Shown: positions 9,403-20,417, counted from the stretch's first letter. The stretch: 64,000 bases of DNA from Gemmatimonas sp. (GCA_965279375.1 OZ257156.1:224001-288000), one strand, 5' to 3'. The notes: generated from the letters alone by a model not told the origin. Made by a program: numbers and translations.

Positions 9403-11850
9403 TTACGGCCACGGCAACACGATCACCGGATAACGCGACCGCGACTTCGGATCGTCGTCACCGTCGAAGTACTTGTCGATGTCGCGGACAGTCTTGGCGC
9501 GCAACGCGCGGTCGGCCGCACTGCCGCCGGTCATGCCAGCGACACGCGCACGCAATGCGCTGAGATGCAGCTCGCAGATCGAGCGCACTTCGGCCAGCGC
9601 CTCCGCATCACCCGCGCGATCGAGCAGCGTGTTCACCACGACTTGCTGCACCGTGCGACGCATCGCCTGCGCGTTGTTGTCGGACGACACGGGGGCGCCC
9701 CACGTGCGATTGACGATCGTGCGAATGACTTCGTCGAGCGTGGGATTGGCGGCATCGCGCGCGCTGAACAGCACCAGTCGGCCAGCACGATCACGTTCCA
9801 GCAAACCTTCAATCACTTCCGTCGCCAAACCACCGGCCAACGTCACCTGATCGAACGCCGTCCCGGCATAGCCCAACCACGCGAACGAAGCGTCGCCACC
9901 CGGTGGCACCGGCGGAATCATCGCGAGCACGCGCTCAGGGACAGCCAGGCCTGCGGGCTCCAGTGCGTCGAGCGCGACGCCCAGCGCCTTGCGCTGCGAC
10001 GCCGCCGGCAAGATCTGCGTCGGCGTTTGTCCGTCTCCGCGCATCGCGTACCGGAAATCCATGCCGCCGACAAACTTCACCACGCTCTCGAGCGAGTAGC
10101 GGTGATGCAAATAGACGTGTGCAAATCGCATGTTGAGCAGATACATCGGCTCACCCGGCTTGATCGCGCGATCGTCGAACTTCTCGATGAGGAGATTGCG
10201 CACCTTGCTCGTCCGCTCGACCGCTTCGAACGCCGTCGCGCCTTCCTGCCAACGCGTCGCATCCGGAATCGAACCTTCGGGGCCCGAGTGCTGGTCGGCG
10301 ATGAAGCGCACGTTTCGCGTCAGACCATCCTTGATGATCTTCTCGAGCCCCGCCTTCTCCGACGCCGCATCGGGGAACCAGGTGTAACCGTAGCGCACCG
10401 TCAGCGTGTCCCACGCACCGCCAGCGGGCGCATACGCCTTCGACAAATCGATCTCGCCCTTCGCATTCAGCGTGATGAGCGGGAACGGATAGTCCATCAC
10501 GCTCGTGCGGCCCTGCGCCGAGGCGATGTAGTTGTGCGGAAAGCCCAACGTATGCCCGATCTCATGCGCGGCGTGCTGACGACGACGCGACATCGCGAAC
10601 GCATCGGCGCTCACGCTCAACCCCTGCGGACCCGCGGCGGGCAGCAGTCCCGCGTAGATGTTGTAGTCGATCAGCGAGCGCCACGCGTCCATGCGCACAA
10701 CGGTGCGCACGATCTCACCCGTGCGCGGATCGGAGAACGAAGGTCCGACGCTGGGGCCCGGCCCGTTCCGATGAATCCAGTAGAGCATGCTGTAACGCGC
10801 GTCCATCGGATCGGCGCCTGCCGGTAGATCGCGCACGCTGAACGCGTTCTTGAAGCCCGCCGCCTCGAACGTCTTGTTCCACCACATGCCACCTTCGCGC
10901 AGCGCTTCGCGATACTCGGCGGGAATGCCCGGATCGAGATAGTAGATGATCGGTGTGACCGGCTCCGTCAGCTCGCCGCGCTGATACGCTGCGGGATCCT
11001 TCGGCACCAAACGCCAGCGACCGGCGATCGCATTGCGATACGTGCCGTCAAAGCTCTGCGAGAAATCGAAGAACTGCGGACCACTCACACCAGAGCGCCC
11101 GTCGCCCTGTCGCGCACGAAAGCCCGCGCTATCAGGAAGTGCGACCAGCGAGTGATGCACTTCCATCGTGACCGAGCCTGCGTCCGGCGCCACGCGACGC
11201 AGCTGCGCGCCCGGATTGTCGACAGCGAAGGTGAGTACCGCGTGAATCTCGGTGTTCTTGGGGAATGCCTTCGAACGATCGCCATCCACGAAGCTGCGAC
11301 CCGCGTCGACCCGCGCGTTGCCTTGCTGCCCGCGCCGCACCGACTCCGCGATGCCATACGTGTCCGACAGGAAGAACGACGTCGCGTCGACGACGAGCGT
11401 GCCGTTCGCTTCCGATTCGATCGGCATGTTCGCGATCACCGACGTTGGGAATCCTTCTGCGGCCGCGCGCTGCTCCGCGGCATTCTCTCCCGGCGCGCGC
11501 ACACTCCAGTTGTCGCGCACCAACAGCACGCGCTTGCCTCGGCGTTCGAAGCGAACCACAACGCTCGAGCCGAGCTGACCGCGATCGAGTCCCAACGCAC
11601 CCATGCCGGTGGCCAGCGTGCTCTGATGCAGGAAGTCCTTGTTCAAGCGCTCGGCGGGGATCTCCAGCAACACCTTGTTGCGATCCGCATCGACCTTCAC
11701 ACCAACGAAGGCGGGCTGCTGGCGAGCCGCAGGCGTCGTGCGATGTGTTGTACGGGTCCGCGCTGACAGCGGAGACGCCGCGAGCACAAGCAAAGACGCG
11801 CCCGCCAGCAGCGGACGCGCGAGAGAGGCAACAGAAGAGACTCGGGACAT
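9403..11850 (-). CDS. Exported zinc-dependent metalloprotease (DUF5117/DUF4953, EcxA-like)
   Basis: Signal peptide; HEIGHTLGFPHNY zinc motif, SVMDYP Met-turn, PIIYYLDP and DPRTGEI motifs. Start may be 11862. Confidence 0.88.
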   Translation of the reverse strand: MSRVSSVASLARPLLAGASLLVLAASPLSARTRTTHRTTPAARQQPAFVGVKVDADRNKVLLEIPAERLNKDFLHQSTLATGMGALGLDRGQLGSSVVVRFERRGKRVLLVRDNWSVRAPGENAAEQRAAAEGFPTSVIANMPIESEANGTLVVDATSFFLSDTYGIAESVRRGQQGNARVDAGRSFVDGDRSKAFPKNTEIHAVLTFAVDNPGAQLRRVAPDAGSVTMEVHHSLVALPDSAGFRARQGDGRSGVSGPQFFDFSQSFDGTYRNAIAGRWRLVPKDPAAYQRGELTEPVTPIIYYLDPGIPAEYREALREGGMWWNKTFEAAGFKNAFSVRDLPAGADPMDARYSMLYWIHRNGPGPSVGPSFSDPRTGEIVRTVVRMDAWRSLIDYNIYAGLLPAAGPQGLSVSADAFAMSRRRQHAAHEIGHTLGFPHNYIASAQGRTSVMDYPFPLITLNAKGEIDLSKAYAPAGGAWDTLTVRYGYTWFPDAASEKAGLEKIIKDGLTRNVRFIADQHSGPEGSIPDATRWQEGATAFEAVERTSKVRNLLIEKFDDRAIKPGEPMYLLNMRFAHVYLHHRYSLESVVKFVGGMDFRYAMRGDGQTPTQILPAASQRKALGVALDALEPAGLAVPERVLAMIPPVPPGGDASFAWLGYAGTAFDQVTLAGGLATEVIEGLLERDRAGRLVLFSARDAANPTLDEVIRTIVNRTWGAPVSSDNNAQAMRRTVQQVVVNTLLDRAGDAEALAEVRSICELHLSALRARVAGMTGGSAADRALRAKTVRDIDKYFDGDDDPKSRSRYPVIVLPWP

Positions 11851-11906
11851 GCGCTGCACCATGAAGAATGATTTCGTACGGGGAAACACTGGTTTGGTGG
11901 CGTGGG

Positions 11907-12419
11907 CTACGGCTGAACGGTCCCCGGCTGGCCCGTTCCACTCGTGCTCGCACCATTGGCTACGCCTACGAGTGCAAGAACGATGGCAGTCGCGATCGAG
12001 AGCACGACAAGCGTGCTCTTCTTTCGCGAATATTCGCGCACGGCGACCGATTCGGTGAGACGCACGGGGACCGCCACCGTATCGCCCTTGGAGACAAAGC
12101 GCTCGCGAGTGCTCGTTGTCGTCTGCTCGACCGCGAGCACGATCGTGTCAGCCGTCGAACGAGTGACGGTGCCCTCGATCTCGCGCACATTGTTGCCGAG
12201 CGACTTGGTCAGGAACTCGCTTCCAGCCGAATTGAGCGTGACGCGCACCGCCTGTGCAGGCTCTGCAGGGCGCGCGGGCGCCACGGGGACGTACGCGTAG
12301 CAGCCAACCAGCGACCATGCTGTGAGCAACAGCAGGGACGCAGAGCCGAAACGACCGGCCACGGGAATCCGTGACCGGTCGTTGCGGTGCTGCAGTGCGT
12401 TAGCGCGCGTTACTGGCAC
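11907..12419 (-). CDS. Hypothetical lipoprotein with C-terminal hydrophobic helix
   Basis: Lipobox-like SLVGC followed by YAYVP; C-terminal TM segment; putative GTG start at 12419 overlaps the susD-like stop. Confidence 0.65.
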   Translation of the reverse strand: MPVTRANALQHRNDRSRIPVAGRFGSASLLLLTAWSLVGCYAYVPVAPARPAEPAQAVRVTLNSAGSEFLTKSLGNNVREIEGTVTRSTADTIVLAVEQTTTSTRERFVSKGDTVAVPVRLTESVAVREYSRKKSTLVVLSIATAIVLALVGVANGASTSGTGQPGTVQP

Positions 12420-13807
12420 GACGCGGGCCGAGTGTTCCCGACGTTCGCCGGCTTCGGCACCTTCGGGTTCTGCAGTACTTCGTCGGCCGAGACCGGGAAG
12501 AAGCAAGGCTTCGTTCCGCGCGTGGCCACCCACCGATCCGCACGGATCTGGAAGCGGTAGTGGTCGTTCAGGCGACGTCCCTGCAGGAAGAGCGAGACGG
12601 CACGCTCATGAACGAGGATGTCGCGCGCGGCCGGCGTACCGGTCCACGCCGGCAGTCCATCCACGGCACGCACCGCGTTGATGCGCGTCGCGAATTCCGC
12701 GTTGTTGCCAGCGGCGAGTGCGGCTTCGGCGAGGATGAGCAGCATGTCCTTGGCCGACACCGCCGTCCAGCCCACGTTGACCGTGGACGAGAGACGGCAG
12801 CACTCGTCGATGTTCTTGAGCGTCACCGGATCAGACTGACCCGAAACCGGATCCTTCATCGAGATGCCAGCGACGCCGTCGAGCGGACGCGTACCGGCAC
12901 CGTTGGGCACGATGTAGTTGTTACCGGCGCGGATTTCGAGACGGGAGTTCATCTCGCTGCCCGTCGAGAAGTAGCCGCCGTTGTTCTGCGCGACCACGTC
13001 GAACCGATAGCGATAACCGTTGTTGCCCATCACCGCGAGCGCGGCGAGCGCGTCAGCCGTCGCACCCGCGTCGTTGATGAGCGGGTTGGCCGGGAAGCCG
13101 CGCGGCGCGCGGAGCGACGTCCACACCGCCTTCGAGAACTTCGCCCGGGCGCGGAGTCCGAGAATGCGCTGCTGCAACGCCACGTTATTGGTGGCCTGCG
13201 CCACCGCCAAACCCTTGTTGAGGTAGACCACGGCCGAGTCGAACATGATGCGCATGTTCGCGTCACCCACCGGTACACCGTTGTCGATGCGATCGGAGGA
13301 GATGACGAAATCCTCGTACGTCTCGCCGATCATCGTGTAGACCGTTGCCGTCAGGAAATACGCCTGGGCGAGGTCGGCGCGATTGCGCAGCGAGTTGGTC
13401 TTGTCGTATCCCTCGAGCTTCGGGATCACGTAGTCACCCATCCAGCGCGCCTGTGCGGCGTAGCTGAACTGGCCGTTCGTGTACTCGTTGTTCGGATCGC
13501 CGATGTCACCGACATCGAGCAGGTTCCAGTACTCACGCGAGCCGACCCACGTGAGTTCGTCCGACGACGCACCGACGGTGCCGACGATCTGGTTACCGGC
13601 CGCGTTGACGGCGCCATAGAGGCCGTTCACCAGCGAGCCTGCGGCGGCGGACGCCGTGGCGATGGCGTCCTCCGTCACGGCGTTGGGGTTCTTCACGTCG
13701 GTCGAGAAGATCTGACACGACGACAGCGTGATCGCGCCGAGCGCCACGGCGCCCAGCATCAGTTTGCGGCGCGGAGCCGCACCCACGATCGAGTTTCCGA
13801 TAGTCAT
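12410..13807 (-). CDS. RagB/SusD-like nutrient-binding lipoprotein
   Basis: Lipobox TLSSC; SDEL; LILAEAAL, INAVRA, ERAVSLFLQGRRLNDHYR; directly downstream of a SusC-like gene. Confidence 0.85.
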   Translation of the reverse strand: MTIGNSIVGAAPRRKLMLGAVALGAITLSSCQIFSTDVKNPNAVTEDAIATASAAAGSLVNGLYGAVNAAGNQIVGTVGASSDELTWVGSREYWNLLDVGDIGDPNNEYTNGQFSYAAQARWMGDYVIPKLEGYDKTNSLRNRADLAQAYFLTATVYTMIGETYEDFVISSDRIDNGVPVGDANMRIMFDSAVVYLNKGLAVAQATNNVALQQRILGLRARAKFSKAVWTSLRAPRGFPANPLINDAGATADALAALAVMGNNGYRYRFDVVAQNNGGYFSTGSEMNSRLEIRAGNNYIVPNGAGTRPLDGVAGISMKDPVSGQSDPVTLKNIDECCRLSSTVNVGWTAVSAKDMLLILAEAALAAGNNAEFATRINAVRAVDGLPAWTGTPAARDILVHERAVSLFLQGRRLNDHYRFQIRADRWVATRGTKPCFFPVSADEVLQNPKVPKPANVGNTRPASCQ

Positions 13808-13822
13808 AGGGCAGTGGTCCGG

Positions 13823-16800
13823 TTAGAAGCCAAGATTGAACGCGAGCGAAACACGGCGCGGGATCGGCAGACCGAAGCCGTCCGTGGCGTTCTGGAAGTT
13901 GTCGGCGAGCGTGCCGGTCGAGCCGCGACCGTTCTCGTTCGACTCCGGATCCTGACCGGGGTACTTGGTCCACAGCAGCAGGTTACGTCCCGCGAGCGTG
14001 ATCGCCGCGTTGCGGAAGCCGAGCTTGGTGGCAACGGTCTGGCCGAGGTTGTACGTGACCGCCAATTCGCGCCAGCGCAGGAAGGAACCGTTCTGCGCCT
14101 GATAGAGTCCCGGCTCGAGCAGACGACGGTACTTGGTGATGTACTCCGTGGCCGCGGCGACACGCTGTTCCGGCGTGCTGGCCGGATTCTGCATGATCGA
14201 CTGGATGTCGGAGAATTCCTTGCGGTTCGAGCCAATCGACGGGTGCTGCGAGAGACGGAAACCGTCGGTCAGGTTGGAGACCATGTAGCCCGTGCGATAC
14301 TCGAGCGTGGACTGGATCTTCCAGTGCTTGGCGAAGTTGAACGTGCCACCAAACGCGCCCGTCCACTTGGGGATCGAGCTACCGACGCGCTGTTCGAAGA
14401 GCACGCCGCTGCCGTCATAGTCGGCAAGCAATGGCTGCAACGCGCTCTGCACGCCGGAGTTCTGGATGTCACGCGGCTGCGCGAAGTAGGCGAGCAGTTC
14501 GGCCTTCGTCGGCGCGGTGCCGCGACCGTTGAAGTTGAACGGGAGCTGATCCGCGGTGAAGCAGGTGACGTTGTTGCCGAGCTTGTTCTTGGTCGGGCCA
14601 CCGGCCGGGCACGGCTGCGCGAGGCGCGGCTCGTAGATGGAGCCCAGGGGATCGCCTTCCTTGAGGTAGATGCGATAGCGCGCATAGCCGCCCGAGACAC
14701 GGATCGGCGGCGCGCCGCCCAAGCTCGTGAGCGTCTGCTTGAGATACGCCGCGTTCGCGAACAGTTCGAGCGTCGTGGTGCCCTTCTGGATCGGGCTGCC
14801 GCGCAGACCAACTTCCATACCGTTGGCGTCGATCTGGCCGATGTTCGTCAGCTGCGAGTTGCGGAAGCCACCGGACTGCGCGAACACGCGCGGCACGAGT
14901 GCGTCCTTGACTGAGCGATCCCAGTACGTGAACTCGAGCGCGACCTTGTTGTTGAACAGACCCGCTTCGAAGCCAACTTCCGCTTCCGTGGAGATTTCCG
15001 GCTTGAGGTCGCTGTTGCCGAGCTGCGACGGCAGCAGGCCAGAGCCAAGCGACGTCACCAGCGGCGAGAACGTCGTGAACTGGTCGAAGGCACCGGGCTG
15101 ACGACCCGACTGACCGAGGGCAGCGCGGAGACGCAGCGTCGGCAGGATGCTCGAGTTCCACGACTTGCGATCCGACGGCACGACGGAGATGGACGCCTTC
15201 GGATAGAAGACACCACCGGCGCTCTTGCCGAACGCGCTGGAAAAGTCGTAGCGACCGCCGGCCGTGGTGAAGATCCAATCGCGCCAGCCGATCTGCGTCT
15301 GACCGAAGTAGCCGCCGTTGACCGTCGTGGAGAACGCTTCGCCCACGGAGATGTTCAGACCACCGGCACCGACCACTTCAATGCCCGGGCCCGGGAAGTT
15401 CGTCGAGTTGCCCGACTGCGTGGCCGTGCGGTTGTTGAAGACCTGCAGACCCACGACCGAGGACGTGGTCCACGAGGAACCGAAGTCGCGGTTGTAGGCG
15501 ACCTTGCCATCCACCGTGAGGACGCGCGTGCCGCTCGAGAACGTGGAGCGGGCTCCGTCCGGATTGTTGGACGTGAACAGGTCGACGTTGTAGCCGAACG
15601 GCGAGAGGCCGAAGTCGCGCTGCGCCGTGTAGTCGAAGCCGATCGTGCCGCTGTACGTCAGGTTGGTCGTCTGGTTGTACGAGCCATCGAGCACGCCGAC
15701 GTAACGCTGCGAGCTCGTTTCGTTGGTCACCTGCATCGCTTCACGCGCCGTGGCGAACGCCTGATTGCCGAACGGGTTGCCGGCGCCCGAGCAACGGCCC
15801 GGCGCGACGTACGTGGAGAGGTTGCAGTTGGCGAGTTCCGGACGCGCCATGTACGACAACGAGTTCACGCCGTAGATGTTGTTGTTGTTCTCGGGCGACG
15901 CGTTGTACGTGTTGTAGTAGTTGTTGTTGAACTTGATGCGCGTGTTCTTGAACGGCGTCAGCGACAGATTCGCCGACGTCTGGATGCGGCGCACCTTGTC
16001 GCGCGCGGGGCCCAAATCGGCGCCGCCGAACGGACCGTCTTCGTTGTAGTAGCGGCCGCTGGCGAAGTACGTCAGCGCACCACCGCCACCCTGCACGGAC
16101 GTGGACAGCGTGTTGCCGAGGCCCGTCTCCGTGAAGTAGTCCTTGAAGATGGGCACTTCGAACACCTGGAAGGCCTTGAGCCCCGGAATGTTCCAGTAGG
16201 TCGCCAGCGAGTCAGCGCGGGCCTGCGTGCGGGCGAAGCCCGAGTTGGCCGCCACGCGATTGCCAAAATCCACCGCGTCCTGCTGCAGCTGCATGTTCCA
16301 GCGCGGCGTGCCGGTGGAGCCGGTCTTGGTGAAGAACTGGATCACACCATTCGACGCTTCGGTGCCATACAGCGTGGCCGCGGCCGCGCCCTTGAGCACT
16401 TCGACGCGCTCGATCGTGCTGGGGTCGATGTCGTCGATACGCGACGGCGAACCGCCGCCACCGTTGCCGATGCCGTAGCCGCCGCCCGAGTTCATACGAA
16501 CGCCGTCAACAAAGATGATCGGCTCGTTCGACTGCGAGAGCGACGCGTTGCCGCGGATGCGGATCTTGGCGCCTTCGCCGGACAAACCACCCGAGACGAG
16601 GCCGGACACGCCGGGCTCGCGCGCGGTGAGCAAATTCGACATGTCGTTGATCGGCGCGTTGGCCGGCGGCGTGATCACGGCCACGGTGTTGCCGAGGCGC
16701 TTCACTTCCGTCTTCTGGCCGCTACCGGTGACGACAACCTGATTGAGCTGAATCGCGGAGACCGTGACGGCGAAGTCCGCCTTCGTCGTCTGTCCCGGCG

Positions 16801-17110
16801 TGATGGTCAGCGTGCGCGTCTCGCGCGAATAGCCGATCGCGCGCACGCGCAATACGACCGTCTGCGACGCGCCCGCCACCGGAATACCGGTGATGCGGAA
16901 ACCACCCTGCGCGTTCGTCATACCACCCAGCGTCGTGCCGTCGATCGATACCTGCACATTCTCGAGACCACGCGTTGTCGCTGCGTCAGTCACTCGCCCT
17001 TCGATGATCGCGGTGTTCCCTTGTGCAAACCCGCTCGACATCGGCAACGATAGCGCGAGCGCTATTGCCGCGATGAAGCGCGACCAACGTGTGCAAGCAG
17101 GATTCGACAT
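13823..17110 (-). CDS. SusC/RagA family TonB-dependent outer membrane receptor
   Basis: GGAGG RBS before ATG 17110; carboxypeptidase-regulatory-like N-domain; IRIRGNASLSQSNEPIIFVDGVRM, DIDPSTIERVEVLKGAAAATLYGTEASNGVI, LKPE; C-terminal Phe. Confidence 0.92.
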   Translation of the reverse strand: MSNPACTRWSRFIAAIALALSLPMSSGFAQGNTAIIEGRVTDAATTRGLENVQVSIDGTTLGGMTNAQGGFRITGIPVAGASQTVVLRVRAIGYSRETRTLTITPGQTTKADFAVTVSAIQLNQVVVTGSGQKTEVKRLGNTVAVITPPANAPINDMSNLLTAREPGVSGLVSGGLSGEGAKIRIRGNASLSQSNEPIIFVDGVRMNSGGGYGIGNGGGGSPSRIDDIDPSTIERVEVLKGAAAATLYGTEASNGVIQFFTKTGSTGTPRWNMQLQQDAVDFGNRVAANSGFARTQARADSLATYWNIPGLKAFQVFEVPIFKDYFTETGLGNTLSTSVQGGGGALTYFASGRYYNEDGPFGGADLGPARDKVRRIQTSANLSLTPFKNTRIKFNNNYYNTYNASPENNNNIYGVNSLSYMARPELANCNLSTYVAPGRCSGAGNPFGNQAFATAREAMQVTNETSSQRYVGVLDGSYNQTTNLTYSGTIGFDYTAQRDFGLSPFGYNVDLFTSNNPDGARSTFSSGTRVLTVDGKVAYNRDFGSSWTTSSVVGLQVFNNRTATQSGNSTNFPGPGIEVVGAGGLNISVGEAFSTTVNGGYFGQTQIGWRDWIFTTAGGRYDFSSAFGKSAGGVFYPKASISVVPSDRKSWNSSILPTLRLRAALGQSGRQPGAFDQFTTFSPLVTSLGSGLLPSQLGNSDLKPEISTEAEVGFEAGLFNNKVALEFTYWDRSVKDALVPRVFAQSGGFRNSQLTNIGQIDANGMEVGLRGSPIQKGTTTLELFANAAYLKQTLTSLGGAPPIRVSGGYARYRIYLKEGDPLGSIYEPRLAQPCPAGGPTKNKLGNNVTCFTADQLPFNFNGRGTAPTKAELLAYFAQPRDIQNSGVQSALQPLLADYDGSGVLFEQRVGSSIPKWTGAFGGTFNFAKHWKIQSTLEYRTGYMVSNLTDGFRLSQHPSIGSNRKEFSDIQSIMQNPASTPEQRVAAATEYITKYRRLLEPGLYQAQNGSFLRWRELAVTYNLGQTVATKLGFRNAAITLAGRNLLLWTKYPGQDPESNENGRGSTGTLADNFQNATDGFGLPIPRRVSLAFNLGF

Positions 17111-17299
17111 CCTGGCCTCCTTCGGGTCTGGGTGTTCGCCGGCGACGCGCCGGTCACGGTCTGGTAAAGCCGGTCGAATATGTGGCCAGCCGATCCCATC
17201 GGCAACCAAATGGTCCCGAATTCTCCAGCATGGCCCATTTCTTAACCACGACCCGTTGCGGCGCGTCACGCACCGGGCCGTCTGCCGGTCCCAGCACGG

Positions 17300-19678
17300 C
17301 TATCGACCAGACGAATTCCTGGTGCGATTCTCGCTCTTCGCCTGCTGCAGTGCCGCCGCCAGTTTTGCCGCTTCTGCATTCGACGAATCGAGGGCGAGCG
17401 ACCGTCGCACCGAGCGCTCCGCCCCGGCGAGATCCCCCTGCTTGAGCCTCGCCAGCGCGAGCTGGAAATGCCCCAACGCCAAGCCGGGATCGCGCGCCAG
17501 CGCTCTCTCAAACGCCGGGATCGCCTCGGCCGCATCGCCCTCGCGCAGCAGGCTGGTGCCGAGGTTGAGGTACCCAAGCGCCGCAGTCGGGTCGAGCGAC
17601 GTCGCACGCCGATAGGCCGCCATCGCTCCCGCCACATCGCCCCCCTGCTCGAGCGCGATCCCCAGATTCACCTCGGCCATCGGCTGCCGCTGATCACTGC
17701 GCAGCGACTGCTGATACGCCTCGATGGCGGAGCGTGTGTCACCGGACCCCGAGTAGGCCAAGCCGAGATTGAGCAGGAGCGCCGCGTCGCCGGGCGCGAC
17801 CTCCAGTCCCTTGCGATACGCCGCCACCGCTCGCGTCGCGTCGCCCGCATTGCGCGCCGCATCACCAAGGCCGCCCAGCACGATCACCCACCGACGCCGA
17901 ACCGGTCCGTCCACGCTGCCCAACGCCGCGATCTGTTCCCGCAGGAAGCTGCGCGTCGACCGATCGTGGCCGTGCGCGAAGTGCAGCGTCGCCAGCGCCA
18001 GCGCGCGCACGTCGAGATCCGCGCTTTCGGCCAGCGAGCGCAACGATGTCAGCGCTGTCGACGGCACCGACGCCATGTCCGGCGCGGCAAAGCGCTCGAG
18101 CCACTGCGCCATCCCCGCCACCTGCGCCGTCGCATTGCGCGACGCCGGCTGCAACAGCAACGGCGAGGCCGACGCAAGATCAGCCGTCGCACGTGCCGCC
18201 AACGCGCCAGCCACCGCCGCCTCATGCGGCTTGAGCTCTCCCCACCACGCCTTCACCTGCTCAGTGTGCTTCGCCTCGCTCGTGCTGGCATGACACGACG
18301 CGCACGCACTCGTGATCCCCAACGACGAATCCAGCGACGGACGCGGAATGGCGATCGAGTGATCCGACCGCGCGTAGCGAATCGCGCGCCCCAACTCATG
18401 CTCCTGCTGGTACGGCATGTGGCAGGACGTGCATCGGCTGCCCGCCGAGCTGGGCGCGTGCCTGGTGTGCGCCTGCACGTTCACTGCTTTGCTGGCGTGA
18501 CAGCTCGTGCACTGCCGATCGTCGGTGCGGCCGGGAATCGGCTCGCCGTCGGCGGTGCGATAGCCTTGGCTGTGCGGATCATGACACGACGTGCACGTCA
18601 TCCCGCCGTTGCGATAGCAGTCGCTGGCGTAGTGCCCTTCCTGATAGGCAAAGCTGCGCGTGCGTCCATCCGCCGTCAGCGGTTCATCACCCAACTGCGA
18701 CAAGCGCACGGCATAGTACTCGGCCAGCGGCACCCCCGGCTTCCAGCGCGGCGCGAGACGGTCTTTCAGCGCATGACAGGCCATGCAGGTGGTGAGCGAC
18801 TGCTCCTTGTCCTGCGTGACCAACGACGTGAGACCGATGTCCGCCGTCGGCGCCGCCCCCGAACGCATGAGCGTGACGTGACGCGCGGCGGGACCATGAC
18901 ATGACTCGCAGTTGATCGCGAAGCCGTTGCGTGACGTGTTCCAGCGCGACTGCGTGCTGTCGTACGCGAGATCGATCTGACTGCCATGACACGACTGGCA
19001 GTTGCTGAAGCGCGCATCGTCGCCGAGTACGCGCGTGGGCGGCCAGTCGCCGCAGTCGGCCAGGCGCAGCGAAGCGGTGATGGGAAGCCAGCCCTTGTCG
19101 GCGCGCGTGCCGGTGTTGCAGAACCAGACGCGCCCTTGCCGACTCCAGTCGAACGGGAGAAAACGCAGCGTGCCATCCGCATGCTTACTGGCGAATCCCT
19201 GCGTGCCACCGCCTTCCATGTGTCCGCCGCCAATGACGGCATCGACGATCAGTGAGGTGTCGCGTTCACCGGCGCGCTGCACCACGAACGAGAATACGCC
19301 GCCCTGCTGTCGCGGAATCACAGTCGCGTCGCGGAAGCGCAGCGGTGCGCCGTTAAACGCCGCGATGACAGGCACACTTCCCGGCGTGCCTCCCGCCTTG
19401 CCGTGCGTCGAGCGACGCCACGCCGTGAACTGCTCGGCGTGACACGATTCGCAGGTGGCAGATCCGGCGAACGCGGCAGCCGCGGGCGCTGCAGGGACGG
19501 GTGGCAACGCCGCCTCTGTCAGCGGCACGATCGCTCCATTCGATGACGCCGCGCTCTCTGTCGACTTGAACTTGAACACCGCCAGCAGCGCGACCACACC
19601 CAGCAACGCTACGCCAAGAATCAGTGGCGCACGGCGGCCGCGCGGAACCTTCTCCGAAGGCTTCTTGTCGCGACTCAT
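17300..19678 (-). CDS. Membrane-anchored octaheme c-type cytochrome with C-terminal TPR repeats
   Basis: N-terminal TM helix; 8 CxxCH motifs (CESCH, CQSCH, CESCH, CMACH, CTSCH x3, CASCH); TPR repeats (NLGLAY, NLGIAL, NLGTSL); start overlaps the upstream stop (ATGA). Confidence 0.88.
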   Translation of the reverse strand: MSRDKKPSEKVPRGRRAPLILGVALLGVVALLAVFKFKSTESAASSNGAIVPLTEAALPPVPAAPAAAAFAGSATCESCHAEQFTAWRRSTHGKAGGTPGSVPVIAAFNGAPLRFRDATVIPRQQGGVFSFVVQRAGERDTSLIVDAVIGGGHMEGGGTQGFASKHADGTLRFLPFDWSRQGRVWFCNTGTRADKGWLPITASLRLADCGDWPPTRVLGDDARFSNCQSCHGSQIDLAYDSTQSRWNTSRNGFAINCESCHGPAARHVTLMRSGAAPTADIGLTSLVTQDKEQSLTTCMACHALKDRLAPRWKPGVPLAEYYAVRLSQLGDEPLTADGRTRSFAYQEGHYASDCYRNGGMTCTSCHDPHSQGYRTADGEPIPGRTDDRQCTSCHASKAVNVQAHTRHAPSSAGSRCTSCHMPYQQEHELGRAIRYARSDHSIAIPRPSLDSSLGITSACASCHASTSEAKHTEQVKAWWGELKPHEAAVAGALAARATADLASASPLLLQPASRNATAQVAGMAQWLERFAAPDMASVPSTALTSLRSLAESADLDVRALALATLHFAHGHDRSTRSFLREQIAALGSVDGPVRRRWVIVLGGLGDAARNAGDATRAVAAYRKGLEVAPGDAALLLNLGLAYSGSGDTRSAIEAYQQSLRSDQRQPMAEVNLGIALEQGGDVAGAMAAYRRATSLDPTAALGYLNLGTSLLREGDAAEAIPAFERALARDPGLALGHFQLALARLKQGDLAGAERSVRRSLALDSSNAEAAKLAAALQQAKSENRTRNSSGR

Positions 19679-20382
19679 GCGCCCCCCACGCTGCGTGACC
19701 ACGCAGGCCCCTCGCACTTGCACAGCGTGCGGATATAGCGCACGAGTCGCGTGATCTCGGCGGCGGAGAGCGTACCACCGAACGCGGGCATGCGCGCGCT
19801 CCGGTTCATGATCGCACCACCGCCGTGAATCGTGTCGAAGAGCGCATCATCGCTGCGCAACGACGTCATCGCCGCATCGGAATGCTTGGCCGGCGCCACG
19901 GGCAGGTTTGCGGCATTGGGACCGTCCCCCTTCCCCGCCGCGCCATGACAGCCGGCACACCAACGGACATAGAGCGCGGCGGCACTGGTGTCCGTGTTGG
20001 TTGCTGCGGCCATGGTGGGCGTAAAGGAGGCCGACGGATCGCCGCCCAGATAGCGAATGAGCAGCGTCCGCTCGCTCTCGCGCATCCGCTCGCGCGGCAT
20101 CGCGGCACCCGGCACGACCCGCTGCGGATCGGAGATGATGGCCGCGATGTAGGCGGGTGATCGTCTTGCCCGCACATCGTCGAGCGCCGGGGCGAGCTTG
20201 CCCCCCTTTCCGCCCATCGCGTGACACCCGAGGCAGCCGCGCTTGTCCTGCAACAGCTGCTCGGCCTTGGCCCTGGCAAATGGTGAGAGCGCCGACGGTC
20301 CCGCGGCAGACTGTGCCTCAAGCGACAGGGGCTGCGCAAACAGCAGCGAGGAGAGGAGCAGAACGGATGAGAACGCGCGCAT
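19675..20382 (-). CDS. Exported diheme class I c-type cytochrome
   Basis: Signal peptide MRAFSSVLLL...; CLGCH with distal AMP and CAGCH with distal RMPAF. Confidence 0.87.
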   Translation of the reverse strand: MRAFSSVLLLSSLLFAQPLSLEAQSAAGPSALSPFARAKAEQLLQDKRGCLGCHAMGGKGGKLAPALDDVRARRSPAYIAAIISDPQRVVPGAAMPRERMRESERTLLIRYLGGDPSASFTPTMAAATNTDTSAAALYVRWCAGCHGAAGKGDGPNAANLPVAPAKHSDAAMTSLRSDDALFDTIHGGGAIMNRSARMPAFGGTLSAAEITRLVRYIRTLCKCEGPAWSRSVGGA

Positions 20383-20417
20383 TGCGCACAGCATACGCGC
20401 TGCGTAATTCATTGGCC

